DNA from: the human T2T-CHM13v2.0 reference genome, Homo sapiens
Assembly (NCBI RefSeq): GCF_009914755.1
Contig: NC_060942.1
Length of the DNA: 64,000 nucleotides
Strand: one strand, 5' to 3'
Part shown: piece after piece, positions 41,540 through 54,315 of the stretch
Layout of the letters: the number at the start of each line of letters is the position of its first letter
Numbering within the stretch: position 1 is the stretch's first letter
The notes under the pieces: model-generated
The model's database searches: none
What the model saw: only the letters and a program-made list of their open reading frames with translations
Told to the model about the DNA's origin: nothing
Made by a program: the position numbers and the translations under genes

Positions 41540-41750
41540 CGCCATTTATTTAGCCATACCTCTCTGCCAGACACTGTGAGTGCTTCATGTGCATTACCTC
41601 TCTAACCCTCTCTTTGAATTCAGTATTGTTACCATCTTCACTTTGTAGATGCAGAAACTGAGGCAGGATGAAGTGGTCACCACAAGAGGTTTCAAACACA
41701 GGACTCTCTGGCTCCCACGCCTGTGGTCTTCACCACTCAGTTCTACTGCT
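41540..41750 (-). mobile_element. MIR
   Basis: TGCCAGACACTGTG...GATGCAGAAACTGAGGC...TTCAAACACAGG. Confidence 0.7.
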
Positions 41751-41763
41751 TCCTCTTCCCAAG

Positions 41764-41979
41764 CAGGGTTTCTCACCCTGGCTATCACTACTGACATTTT
41801 GCCTGGCAAATTCTTTGGAACAGGAAGTCCCCTATGCATTGTAGGATACTTAACAGCATCTCTGTCTTCTACTCACTAGATACCAATAATATCTTCCCAC
41901 TTGGGACAACACAAAATGTCTCCAGACATTGCCAAATGTCAAATCCAGAAGCAAAAGTACCCCTAGTTGAGAACCACTG
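41764..41979 (-). mobile_element. MER20 (hAT-Charlie)
   Basis: Termini CAGGGTTTCTCA and TTGAGAACCACTG. Internal AAAATGTCTCCAGACATTGCCAAATGTC. Confidence 0.9.
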
Positions 41980-42329
41980 CCATAGTAAAGTTCAATTTTC
42001 ATGTATTCCTTATTATAGTATACATTTTCAATTTAAGAGTAGGGCATCTATTTTCCAGATCATAATGTAGATAGTTCCCATGGTTACATCAGCCACATTA
42101 TATATGATTTGTAAAAAAGATATATATCAGACAAAACTTTAGGAGAAAAAAATCATTAAGTCAACATGCCTTCATTAAGATCAGGTTTTTCCCTACTAAA
42201 CTGGTTTCCTTTGGGACCATACTGGGTGATCAGGGGATTGCCATGTTTATATCTTTGTACCAACAAAAGCTGGAACAATGGTTGTAAGGGCATTGTCCAC
42301 AGTGCCCCCAAAAGCCCATTAATAGATGG

Positions 42330-42450
42330 TCTATTAGACTCCAAGCTCCTTGAGGGTAAGGACAGGAACTCTCTTGTTCATCTTTATATGCCCTGAACCC
42401 AGTATCTTACCTGGCACATAATCAGTGCACAACAACTACTTCTTTAATAA
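42330..42450 (+). mobile_element. L2 3' end
   Basis: TAGACTCCAAGCTCCTTGAGGGTAAGGAC...CCTGGCACATA. Confidence 0.7.
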
Positions 42451-42939
42451 ACCACTGAAGCCCTGGTTACCCTACTGCAGGTTCCCAATGCTCTGCTCTG
42501 GGCTTCTAGCTGGATTTGCAATGTATTACATTTTGCTTTAATTTGTGGCATGGACATGCACATTATGGTATGCCAGTCATACAAATTTAATGAAACCTGA
42601 ATGAATAGTTTATATTAGATGAAGAAATGGGGTCAAAAAGGCTGATATGATCCACTATATATGACTAGATAAAATTTAACACCAACATGTGCCAGTGAGA
42701 AAAGCAAACAATGTAGAGGTTGAGTGCCTCTACCCAAGACCGCTCTGCTGGAGAAAGGCAGACCCAGGATGCAAATTCAGGCCTTTAGATACCCAGTGTT
42801 TCCAGGGATGGCTCCAACCTGCTTTACTTTCTCTTGGTCAGGGTGCACTGTGATGTCCTGTTCTGTTCCACTCATCACACTGTACCTGAGCTGTGTAGAA
42901 AGTAGCCACTGGCCAGGAAAGGGCTCAACAACATGCCTT

Positions 42940-43330
42940 CCACATGAGAAATGTTTGAAAGTCTTCAAAATAGCCGACCTGACACAGAAAAGACTTAGAG
43001 GGAGCACAATAATCCTCTTCAAGTATCTGAAATATCTTCATGTGAAATAGAAAATATATTTATTCTGCATTGCTATGGAGGCCTGGACCAGGGTCAATGA
43101 GTGGGAAGCATATTTTATCCCAAGGAAGCATATTTTATCCCAGCAAAATGATGAGCTTCCTAATGATGAACTGCCCTACAGTGAAGTGAGCTTTCCTGGA
43201 GAGCAGTGAGTTCCCAGCAGCCAGAGGGGAACGTGCAGATGACTGGCCTGTAGGAGTCTGAGCACAGACATCAGATCAGGGAAGGTATCAGAGGTCCTCC
43301 AAGGTGCTTCCTAGCCTGTGGTGCATGTGA
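42940..43330 (+). mobile_element. CR1/L3 3' fragment containing a 20-bp tandem duplication (43104-43142)
   Basis: AGAAAAGACTTAGAGGG...TCTTCAAGTATCTGAA...CAGTGAGTTCCC...CTCCAAGGTGCTTCC. Duplicated unit GGAAGCATATTTTATCCCA. Confidence 0.7.
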
Positions 43331-43489
43331 ACTCTTTCTTAGAGGCTATTGGTTGACCTTGTAAACTACTCTGTGTAATTTTGTTAAGAAAAGCAAGATG
43401 TACTATTTTCTCTAACCCGCAAAGTCACTCAGAGGGGTAAATTAGAGAGAATACACAGGAAAGAGGATCCTACCACATGCCATATAAAA

Positions 43490-43720
43490 TAAGAATCACT
43501 TGCCATAGGCCAAGCCCTGTCAAAAGCACTTCATCAGTATTATCCCATCTATTCCTGATAATGCCATGAGGTACAAATATCATCACCATTTAGTAGCTGA
43601 AGAAATGAAGTCACAGAGAAGATAAATATGTTGCCCAAGATCACATAACTAGTTATTCTAGCCTTACTGCTTGAACCTGAGTCTGTCCAAAATTATGAAG
43701 CCTGTTTTGTAACTATAATA
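43490..43720 (-). mobile_element. MIR
   Basis: GCTGAAGAAATGAAGTCACAGAGAAG...TTGCCCAAGATCACA...TTGAACCTGAGTCTGTC. Confidence 0.7.
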
Positions 43721-46441
43721 CTACAGTATACCACCTCATCCTTTCAGCAGGGATGCACTATTTAATTTGAAATGTTGCCAGTTTCTAGAGTTTGAGACAT
43801 ATGGCTATTTAAATGCAGATACCTAAAATATCTTCCGAAGAATAAAATACGTCATTTTAAAAATTATTTGCTGCTTTCTGTTAACCATGATATCACTTCC
43901 TTCAAATAGTGCAAATTACCATGAGTTAACTTTAAGTAAATGAGCAAAATAAGGTTTTTAGGGCTTAAAAAAATGTCTATGGAAGAAAGATTGGTAATGG
44001 CATTTCAGATGCTGTTCTATAAATTAGGGAATTAGAACCTAGGTCTCCAGACTGGAAGGTACTAGTGCAAAACAAGATCATGACTTTCATTTCCACAAGT
44101 TCAGAAAATTCCAATGGTCAAGGGTTTTTTTTAAAGATAATTTTATCATTGGAGATCATGCTCTCTTCTGATTATGATTATCTCCTTTGGTTATCTTCTG
44201 TCTTATGATTATTTTGGTGAACATTTCATAAAACCAAACTGACTTTGAAAACTACTTTCTCTGCCTTTATCATTTCAATGCCAGAAAGACACTGAAAACC
44301 TCTAAACCATTCTGCCAGTGAACTCTGATTTAGTTGAGGTTAACGTTAACTTTGCAAATTAAATCGGGTGACTTCCTGTTCTTAGGAAGGACTGCTTCAT
44401 GCCCACCAATCCGGACAATATTGAGCAAAAGATTTAAAACACTGTTCAGCATTTGCTTTCTAAAGTTATTGCTGCCCTGGCGCTCACATGCACTTAAACG
44501 TTTATGGAAGTCCCTAAGTCTATGTTTACCATTCTTGCAAAGTATCAAGATGGTTGTAGGAGGGAGCCCAAGCACTTGTCATAGGACTTAAAAAGCATCT
44601 TATGCAGCTCTTGGTGGGATGGTTATTTTGCCAAGAGGCAGGAGGCTTTGCTGGGCCTTGTGGCTTGCAGAGTTGAGGAAAGGCCTGTTTCTTCACCTGT
44701 CAGTGACCAGGGTCATCTGCTGTTAATGAAACAGTTTTAGACTGAAGGTTCACAACCCGCCCAGGTACATGTCTAAAATAACTGCCTCGATGAACCCCTT
44801 ACCATAACATTTGCTCATTAGGGTACCATTCCTTCATGTCAAATTGGGGCTTGAAGAACATTTATATGAATTTGTGAAGTGGAATGGAGATTAGCACATC
44901 GATGTTTCTCCCCCTAGGTTTTTACATTATTTCTTAGGGGAAAACCTATATAAAAGAATGCTCTCAGGATACTTCATGATGGGAAATGTTCTGAATCAAG
45001 AACCCAGATGTCTTAATGAATCATGGGAAACATCTCTGAGAAGTATGCAGGATAGAGTGCGAACTAGGAGAGCAGCACTTCCATCCTCCACGAGCCACCC
45101 AGAATGTAAGATCTGAGAGGTTGTTTGGGAATTTGGACAAAACAGACTAGGATTGACATGGGAAGGAAACAGGGGTGCCACCCTTTCTGGATTCACCAAA
45201 CTTAAGACCAGACGGATCCTATGAGCACTGAAGAATATTCCAGGCAAGTGCTGCCAGTACCTGGGCCCTGGGCTTTCCAAGTTCCTTGAGCCAATGTGTG
45301 ACAGAAGTCATTATGGCATCCATCTCTACCCTTATGTCTAATTCTGGAAAGCGTAGCTGACCTCAGGTGGTGGCACCTTTAGAAGTCATTGGCTAGGTAT
45401 TTGAATAACTAGGACAGGAGTAAGTGAGAAATAGAAAAGAAAAAGAATGACCACTAAGCCATGGTCTTGTTTATCAGAAGGGAAGAGAGGAATTGCATCG
45501 TTATGAGTTATTTCTATTACAATATGCAGTCATTAAGTTAGAGGGATCCGCTAACTTCCTTCCCCACCTTGACCCCACCATTATTAATTTCCCATAGAAG
45601 ATAACAAAATAACTTGCATCCTTGAGATGAAAGGAAACCTTTTATGCATTTGATTCTGGGCAAAAGAAATATTTATACCAAATTGAAGGCATGAAAAATA
45701 AGTAACTGCATTGAAAAGTCACAGCCACATTGAACAATAAACAATTTATGGAAGGAGCTTAGAAAAAAAATTGTTTTTTAAAAAATTGAAAAGCATAGCT
45801 CTGACAAGTATTCTTTATTTATGAGAGTAAGTAGAATTTTCAAGGAACACGAAAATATTAAAATAAAATACAAGTTTGACACACGTTTCTCTTTGAGGTT
45901 TTGCAAAAAAAGAAAAATCTAGGTAGATATGAGGTTAATTACATAGTTTAGTTCAATTATCATTATCTACACTAATTGAGAGAACAGAAGAGGTCGGGAT
46001 TGTGTGAAATTGTAAATGATCTGAAATAATTTACAGTTGAGTAGGTGAGTGATTTTTTATATTTCAGCTGAACACAGGTAAGCCCTGGATCTAGCAATTT
46101 AATTTTTCAAAAGAAAAGTCAAATAAGTGAAGTCCAGGCGCCCAAGCTTGGAAGTTGCTCTTATTCCCCTTCCTATCTCATTTCAGCTCCTCCCAGCATG
46201 TCCGTCTGGGGTGCTGGCATGCTGTACCCACCTGGCCAGTGCTGGGCTTATCTTCTGCTGGGTGTACCAGATAACCCAATGGTCCATCGGTTCTATTTTT
46301 GCTCTTGCTTTCTGTTCCTTTATAGTTGCTGTGATTTTATAAATTTGATAGTCTGAGAGCAAGGAATGGGAGAATATGTGGAAAGGGTTAACCGAGGAAG
46401 TTTTTTGCCAACAAATGTTAACTATCAAACACACAAAAACA

Positions 46442-46860
<419 letters not shown>

Positions 46861-48065
46861 ACACATGCTTTGTTAAACGTTTCTCTGGTTCCAAGGCAAA
46901 TTGGAATATGCATTGTTTCAAATTCTATGCACACAAAGTGACTAGCTGTCAACAAAGATATAATTAAGGATGTGTTGTCAATAAATTTGAAATAATAATT
47001 TACCTTGGAACAGCCTCTCCTCAGAGGGCCTCCTCTAGGATAATCTAGAGTTTCCTCAATAAAACTAGGAGGGGAAATGCCATATGTAAGTTTTTAGAGA
47101 CTTTGAGAAATTCATAAACAATACTTTTTTTTCAGATGGACATGTGGCTAACATTTTCTTAAAACTCACGATGTATTTTTGGCCAAATATTATCAACTGA
47201 CCCCTCCCACACACATAAAGAACTCAAACATAGTTTTATTAGTTGATAATTATAGCAATAAAGATAATTCCTGAGCCTATAGAACCTTACCTTTGCAAAG
47301 TTTGGCTTCACGTGTATTATTTCATGTTTTCAGAGCTACCTGCCATCAACCTTTCTCCTGGTTATAATTGATTTCATTTTTTGGGGGGGGTGGTCCACTG
47401 GAACATTTTAGGTCTCAATTAATGTTTTTAAGTCAAAGTGTGTTTGTGCCAAATGTGTTACTTTCCTTATTCTTAGGAACTGTTTCTGCCACAGGCTTGC
47501 TCCTATCATTCCCACACCTTGAGGAAACTGTATTTCTTTTGAACTATCTCTGATCCTTTTCCCAAAAGATGGTTCAAAATCACTCTGTCTGAATGAGACC
47601 TTAATTAGTCATAGATTACTCTGCCCCACCCCAAGACTCTGATGTTCTCCCCTATATTAAATTACACTCGTGCACCATGTTTTATGGTATCCTCACCAGT
47701 TGTTATCTTGGGTGTTGAATTTCTCTCCCACCAGCTGAGTCATAACCTGCTTCAAAGCAGACTGGGGTTCTGATTTCTGATGGCAGAGTTCTCCATTCTG
47801 AATGGTGGGGCACATGGATACCAATGGCCCAGGGCTTTACAACACCCCTGAAACGTACCACTGTGTCAGTTCAGTGCTGGGAAGGTTCTAAGTCCACATT
47901 CCTGTCAGTCAGCCGATTATCCAATCCACATAGCCGTAAAAACATGAGAAATCTAGATTGTCACCCCATCTAAAGAAAGGAGGGATTGCAAAGGTAGAAA
48001 GTGGGGGTAAGAGAGCACAACTAGCATGGAGAGAAGAAAAGGAACATTCGGAGGGGAATTGGGAG

Positions 48066-48264
48066 GGAGCAGTAAGGCAAGATTGTGTGAAAAAGGAACA
48101 AACTTCAGCTTGGTAAAACTATGAATAACTACATTTTATTTTTATTCCTTGGAATCTAGGTGTAGCTTTGTGGGGCAGTAAAGCAGGATTGTGTGGAAAG
48201 GGGGAAATTTTTCAGCACGAATAGCTAGATTTTGTTTTTACTTAGAATCTAGGCGTTGCTTTGT
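48066..48264. repeat. Diverged tandem duplication (~106 bp + ~93 bp)
   Basis: G(A/G)GCAGTAA(G/A)GCA(A/G)GATTGTGTG...GAATA(A/G)CTA(C/G)ATTTT...GAATCTAGG(T/C)GT(A/T)GCTTTGT occurs twice (48066-48171, 48172-48264). Confidence 0.88.
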
Positions 48265-49879
48265 AATGTGTTGGAGGAAGTATATTTATTTTTAAACTGC
48301 ATGTAGGCTGTGCTTTTAAGACTGTGGGGGTTGAAATGTGTATTCTTTTTAAATGATCACTTTAGAGTGGCTGTTAGAAACATTGGAATTACCAGAACAA
48401 CTAACCATGGTCTCCATCTCTGAATTCTAGACAATAAATGGCATTTTGGCAAAACTGTTCTGTGTGCCCTAACAGCTAAAAAATCTCCTGTTTGATTTTC
48501 ACCATCTGCTTCCTCCTAGCAGATCCAACCCAAATCCAAAAATGAACAGGTGAATTTAAGCCCTAGAGATTGGTGCTTTCCCAGGGAAAACAGAAGACTT
48601 TCATGAACTGTTAGCAGTTTGAAATTCTAATTTACAGGCTGAACCCAGAGGACTCCTTCTCTGAATATGTCTTCCCAGGTTGAGATGTATGAATATGAGA
48701 CATCCAGGAAATAGGCTAATTTAGAAGGAATTTAAGTTCTTAATGAATGTTTCCTACAGATTCTATAATGACTCCATTCTGTTTTTGCCATGCAAAGAAG
48801 TATGCCCTTTTCACTGTTGTTGGCATGAACTTTTTAAAGATTCACTCCTACACAGCACAGTGACAATTATTTTTCCATGGATATCTACAGATTCAGCACC
48901 TAGGAGTTCTGCAATGAGTATTAGAACTGCTTCATTCAAGCCATATCTCTCCTAAGACTAAAAATCCAAATGCAGCAACATCCTAAATTAGGCCAGAGAG
49001 TATATAAACTTCTAAATTGTCACATGCAAGTGACAGATGAAAAAAAAAAAAAGAGAGAAGGGCAAACAATATCAAAATTAGGTGTTTTAATCTATCTCAC
49101 GCTGCAGGTTGTCACATGTAATTCGGCTTATATTTCCACAAACTACATGAGCTGAAGATTTAAATGGATGACTAAAAAATCAAGGCAAAGGTGCCATTTC
49201 CACCAACAAAGCTTATTAGCTAATGTATTTGTTACATTTACATTGACTCAAGCACGAAGAAATCACTGCATGTTGTTTGGAATCCACTGAGTTTAAGTGA
49301 CTTTCCTAGCAGTCACACAGTAGTTGACTAATCTGAAACTAGATTCCAGGAACTCCATGCCGTTGCTCCTGCTTGTACAGTATATTATCCTCCCACTAGG
49401 TCCCCTCTCTCCCTGCTAAACTGCCTGTATACTACTTTGGTGGACACTGCATTTCACATTGCTTAGCAGTGTTTATTGCTGTCTTCTTCAGACATACCCA
49501 AAGAATCTATGTTATTCTCTCTATTCTACCACTTTATGTTCTGGCCCTCATCATTTTTATTTAAATTTCTATAAAAAATTATTGCTGATCTCCAAGCCTT
49601 CATTCTCTTCCTTTTTGCAGGACATTTAACTTCCTAATGGGACTGCACTCCCTTTAATAATCACCTTGGTTGTAGGACAGGACTTCCAGCGGTCTTGAGT
49701 TAATATATCATGGTAATTATGTAGATGGAGGGCGATTCCATGCACGATTCCACCCTTAATCCAAAGGAACCATAAGTGAATCACTAGAACTTATTATTAT
49801 CTTCTTGGGAAGAGGAAAGGGTGCTATCTGAGGGTTCAAACCATTACTGCAAACAGAGTTGAAGTGTGAACTGCCCGCT

Positions 49880-50275
49880 AAATAGGGTAATATATGCTAG
49901 TTACTCTAAGAAAAACACCAAGTCTCAGTGGCTTCACACCATAGTCGTCTATTTCTTGCTCACCTCATAGTTCAGCTTTATGTCAGGTGATCCTTCTGAG
50001 TACTTTTCCTCTAAGCAATGACTCAGAAATTTGGGCTGCTTCCATCTGGTGGCTCTGCCTCCTCTAGGTAGAAGGCAGAAATCTTTCCTCAAAGTCACCA
50101 GGGGAGCAAAGACAGAAAGTGCAGAGGATCTTTCAGTGTTTCACAGTTAGTAATAAAGATGCCTTTCATTGGCCAGAACCCTGCCTCAACCTAACAGCAA
50201 GGGAGGCAGGCAAATGTTCTCTTCCTGTGTGCCCAGGAAGAGGAAATGTGACACATTAGCGTCTTCCAGTCTCTG
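49880..50275 (-). mobile_element. Old MLT1 (J/K/L-like) LTR
   Basis: TCTCAGTGGCTT...TATTTCTTGCTCAC...CTTCCATCTGGTGGCTCTGCC...CATTGGCCAGAAC...GCAAGGGAGGC...TGTGTGCCCAGGAAGA. Confidence 0.75.
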
Positions 50276-50449
50276 ATACAGCTCACAACCTTTTCTTCAT
50301 CAGCAAGCAGCATCTTGGTGCCTAAGTGAATTCTTGTAGTTTGATGGCACTGATGGTGGGTGAAGGAAGTATACCAACTAATTGTCAATAAGTCCACATT
50401 AGCTATAACATGAGATGCAAACTCCCTAACAAATCTTGGAAGACACAAT

Positions 50450-50840
50450 GTAGCAGTACTGTGTAATGGTTAAGTGCACTGTCTACCGAGTAAGACCATC
50501 TGGATATAGATGCTGCTGGTCCCAGGGTTACTTATTGAGAGCCACTGCCATAAGCCTTCCCATTTCACTCCCCCCATCCTCTGGTAAGCTCCTGTAGTCT
50601 CAGGTGGGGGTTCAGCCATGGATGTTGCAGTCTGGTTGACTTTAAATCATGCTCTTGCCTCTCCCTGAGCAAGTTACTTAAATTTCCAGACAAGTTACTT
50701 AATCTCTTTGATCAGGTTCACTCATTTGAAAAGTGGGAGTAATAATGCTGATCTCAAAAGAATTACATTTGATTATCAATATAAAACATTTTGTACCTTG
50801 CCTAGTGCATAGGAAACACACAATAAATGGTAGCTGCAAA
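50450..50840 (+). mobile_element. MIR fragments
   Basis: GTAATGGTTAAG...CAAGTTACTTAATCTCT...CTCATTTGAAAAGTGGG...CAATAAATGGTAGC. Confidence 0.6.
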
Positions 50841-52439
50841 TATTATCAGGAGAGAAGAACTTGTTTAGTTTGCCTCTATGTTACTTTTGGACAGCAAAAA
50901 TAACTGCAAAGTCTAATTAAAAAAAAAAAACAATTTTCAGGTGATATGGGGATAGTTTTAAAAAGCAGCACCTTTGGGATGCCTAAATCTGTGTACAAGC
51001 TCTGTGATATTAGCCAGGTAACTTGATGTCTTTCTTTAAAATATATTCCTACTACCTGTGTCATGAGATTGATGTCATGAATACCTGTGTCATAAGAAAA
51101 CTTGTAGATACATCTAGTATATTCCTGTCACATGGTAGATTCTCAATACATGTTGAGTTACAATTATCAACCTCCCCTCAAAATGCTTCTGCAATGAAAA
51201 ATGATTTTCAAACTATGAGAGCGAGATAAAGCCATGCATAAAGACTTATTTTGAGAAAATAAATGATTATCATTTAAAAGTGCTTATTAAGATGTTTTTG
51301 ATCTTTGACCTTCCTCACTGCCCACTCCCTCCTTGGAGAACAGCTTCTCGATGCCTCTATTTAAATGATAATCACTGTGCAAAACTCAAAGTCTCTTCAT
51401 TCAGGAACTTACAGTACACATCTTAATAAACCATAATGAACTGGAAACATGAAGAATAACTGGATAAACAGGCCTCTGTCTCCAGCTGTCATGTCTGTTT
51501 GTGACAGCAACTGGTATTTCATTGTAAAAGATGCTAATTTCAATCTGAGCTGTAGCAGCATTGAGAGGAGCATAAAAGGAATTCTTGATTATCTATATCA
51601 GTAACTGTGGTCCCTGGGGATGCACTCAGAACTTCAGATCACATATGGCAAGAGTGCTGTGATAAAATATGCATCAATGGAGCTTTGTGATTTATGATAA
51701 TAAAGAAATGGAAAGTTTTGCCCTCTATGATAACTATTTGTGGCTGGTATTTCTCTTTTTACTATTTCTGGAGTTGTAAATGACATTTGTTGTACTAATT
51801 ATTACAGCATTCAGTACCTGGATCACCGTATCATGTCTATAACTTCTGTCAAGTTCCTGAGGGCCTGCCATGATACTGTTTTACTGATGATGATTCTCCC
51901 AATCTAAATGTAATAAATAATAATTACCTTAGTTGCTGGACCACATTGGCAAATAAGACCACAATATTCTTACTTGACAAAATTAAATGTTAGTAACTCT
52001 GACTCCTCCCTTTGGCTGTTTTGACCAATTCTTGAAATTTCAAAATCTAGAAACTACTTGGACTCTTTCCTGTAACTGCCCAACACAAAATCCTTGGGTG
52101 GCCAAGGGCTTACTCACTATTTCACAAGGTATCTGTTTCATTCATAGAAGTTCTCATTGTTAGGGACTTACTTGTTTTATTGATCAAAATTGGCCTGCAT
52201 AAAAACACTACCTTGGCCCCTTATAGTGCTGCATAGAATAATTCTCATTCCTTTTGATATAATAGCTCTTCAAACATATAAACAAAGCCAACATGGTCTC
52301 CCAGTCAGCCTCTTCTCTAGCAACCTTCACATGCTGTCCATAGCTTCTATTTTATGGCTACCCTGGTCACCTCCCCTGCAATCACCTCCATGATGTGTGC
52401 CCCAACAAAGGCGCGGGTCTGATACATCAGTTTCTAACT

Positions 52440-52890
52440 TAGAAACATTCATTTAATTGTCTACATAACAAAGCTCAGAGTTTTTAGCGTGGCATTAGTT
52501 TCTCCACCATCTACATCCAGATAACTCTCTTGCATGATACACACCAATACACATTCTTTCCTTTGTTCTTATACTTCTCTGGCCCTGGGCTTTTCTCATC
52601 TACATGCTGTTCTCAATCTCTCTACATCTGACTACTCATCAAGGCTCACCTCTCCACAAAAGCCTTCTCAATTTTATGGGTCAATAGTTACTTCTTCTTC
52701 CCCTAGATTCTCATAAAATGGACTTCATATTGCAATACCAGTACTAATCATTTGTCTACTTGTGGTCCTCTTGTTTTTTCTAGAAGATGATCTGTAATTG
52801 TATAGACACAGCTTTACTCGCTTTTGAATATCCGACAGTGTGTATCACAGTGCTTTGCACATATTTTAGTGTTTGTTAAGATTTTGTTCA
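52440..52890 (+). mobile_element. L2 fragment
   Basis: Pyrimidine-rich L2-like body ending ATCACAGTGCTTTGCACATA. Boundaries approximate. Confidence 0.5.
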
Positions 52891-52985
52891 GTTAAATTTA
52901 ATGGACCCTCAAATGTAACGGACCACCACCTATCAAATGCCCTTCGACCAACTCCAAACCCACTGAGATCACTCTTGATCTTGGC

Positions 52986-53489
52986 CTGCACTAGCCAATA
53001 CAGCAGCTACTAACTACACAAGGACGTTCAGCTTTAAACTTATGTTAATAAAAGTTAAAAAAAATCTTTCAGTTCCAGCCAGTCATGGTGGCTCATGCCT
53101 GTAATCCCAGCATTTTAGGAGGCCGGGGCGGTTGGATTGCCTGAACTCTGTAGTTCATAACCAGCCTGGGCAACATAGCAAAACCCCATCTCTACCAAAA
53201 ATACAAAATATTAGTTGGGCATGGTGGCGTGCACCTGTGGTCCCAGCTACTTGGGAGGTTGCAAGTGAGCCAAGATTGGGCCACACACTCAGCCTGGGTG
53301 ACAGACAGAGACCCTGTCAAAAAAAAAAAAGAAAAAGAAAAAGAAAAGAAAAAGAAGGCTTTCAGTTTCTCCATCTCATGAGCCACATTTCCAGGGCACA
53401 GCAGCCATTCAGGGCTGTTAACTCCCACACTGGATGACACTGATCTGGAACATTTCCACCTGTGCAGATGGTTCTCTTAGTGAGTGCTG
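52986..53489 (-). mobile_element. MER3 (hAT-Charlie) split by an Alu
   Basis: CTGCACTAGCCAATACAGCAGCTACTA...[Alu]...AGCCACATTTC...GAACATTTCCA...GTTCT...GTGCTG. Confidence 0.7.
53077..53358 (+). mobile_element. AluJ with an internal right-arm deletion
   Basis: Reads CTACTTGGGAGG|TTGCAAGTGAGC, i.e. a deletion between GGAGG microhomologies. TSD CTTTCAGTT(C/T)C at 53066 and 53359. Confidence 0.9.
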
Positions 53490-53603
53490 GTCTCGACACC
53501 ATTCTACTTTTCCAACAGTGAAAACACTGCCTTCTTTCCTGTGGAATTATACACTATTGGCAAAAGTCACGCAAGCCTCTGGCAAATTAAAACCCCTAGG
53601 TTT

Positions 53604-53900
<297 letters not shown>

Positions 53901-54177
53901 TAAAACCCCTAGGTTTTTTTTCAAATGAGTAGCTAAACTTCCCTCATGCTGTACTGAGACAATTACTTTTGGGGATCTAAAAGTAACCCCCTGTGCATGA
54001 AACCCTAACATATATTGATATTATTTTTTCTATTTTATTTCATCCGCTCAGCTTATCCAGATCTTTATTTTTAATTCTGTCATATTTTGGGCTATTCTAT
54101 TCTAGGTTTGAGCTACCTACACATTTGTAAGTACTTCTGACATCATATCAGTTGTTAATAAACATGTTGTCCATAAA

Positions 54178-54315
54178 TAGGGTGACTATATAATTTGTCA
54201 TTCAAATGGGTACACTTCTCAGAGTGAAAGGCAATGCCGTAAAAAACTGTGCTTAGGCACTGGCCTTAACTGGTACTGTCCGAGGCTGACCAGGAGAGAT
54301 TGCACTCCACCCTTA
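54178..54315. mobile_element. MER94-like (hAT-Blackjack) MITE
   Basis: TAGGGTGACTATATAATTT...GAGTGAAAGG...ACTGTCC...CACCCT. ~135 bp. Confidence 0.7.
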
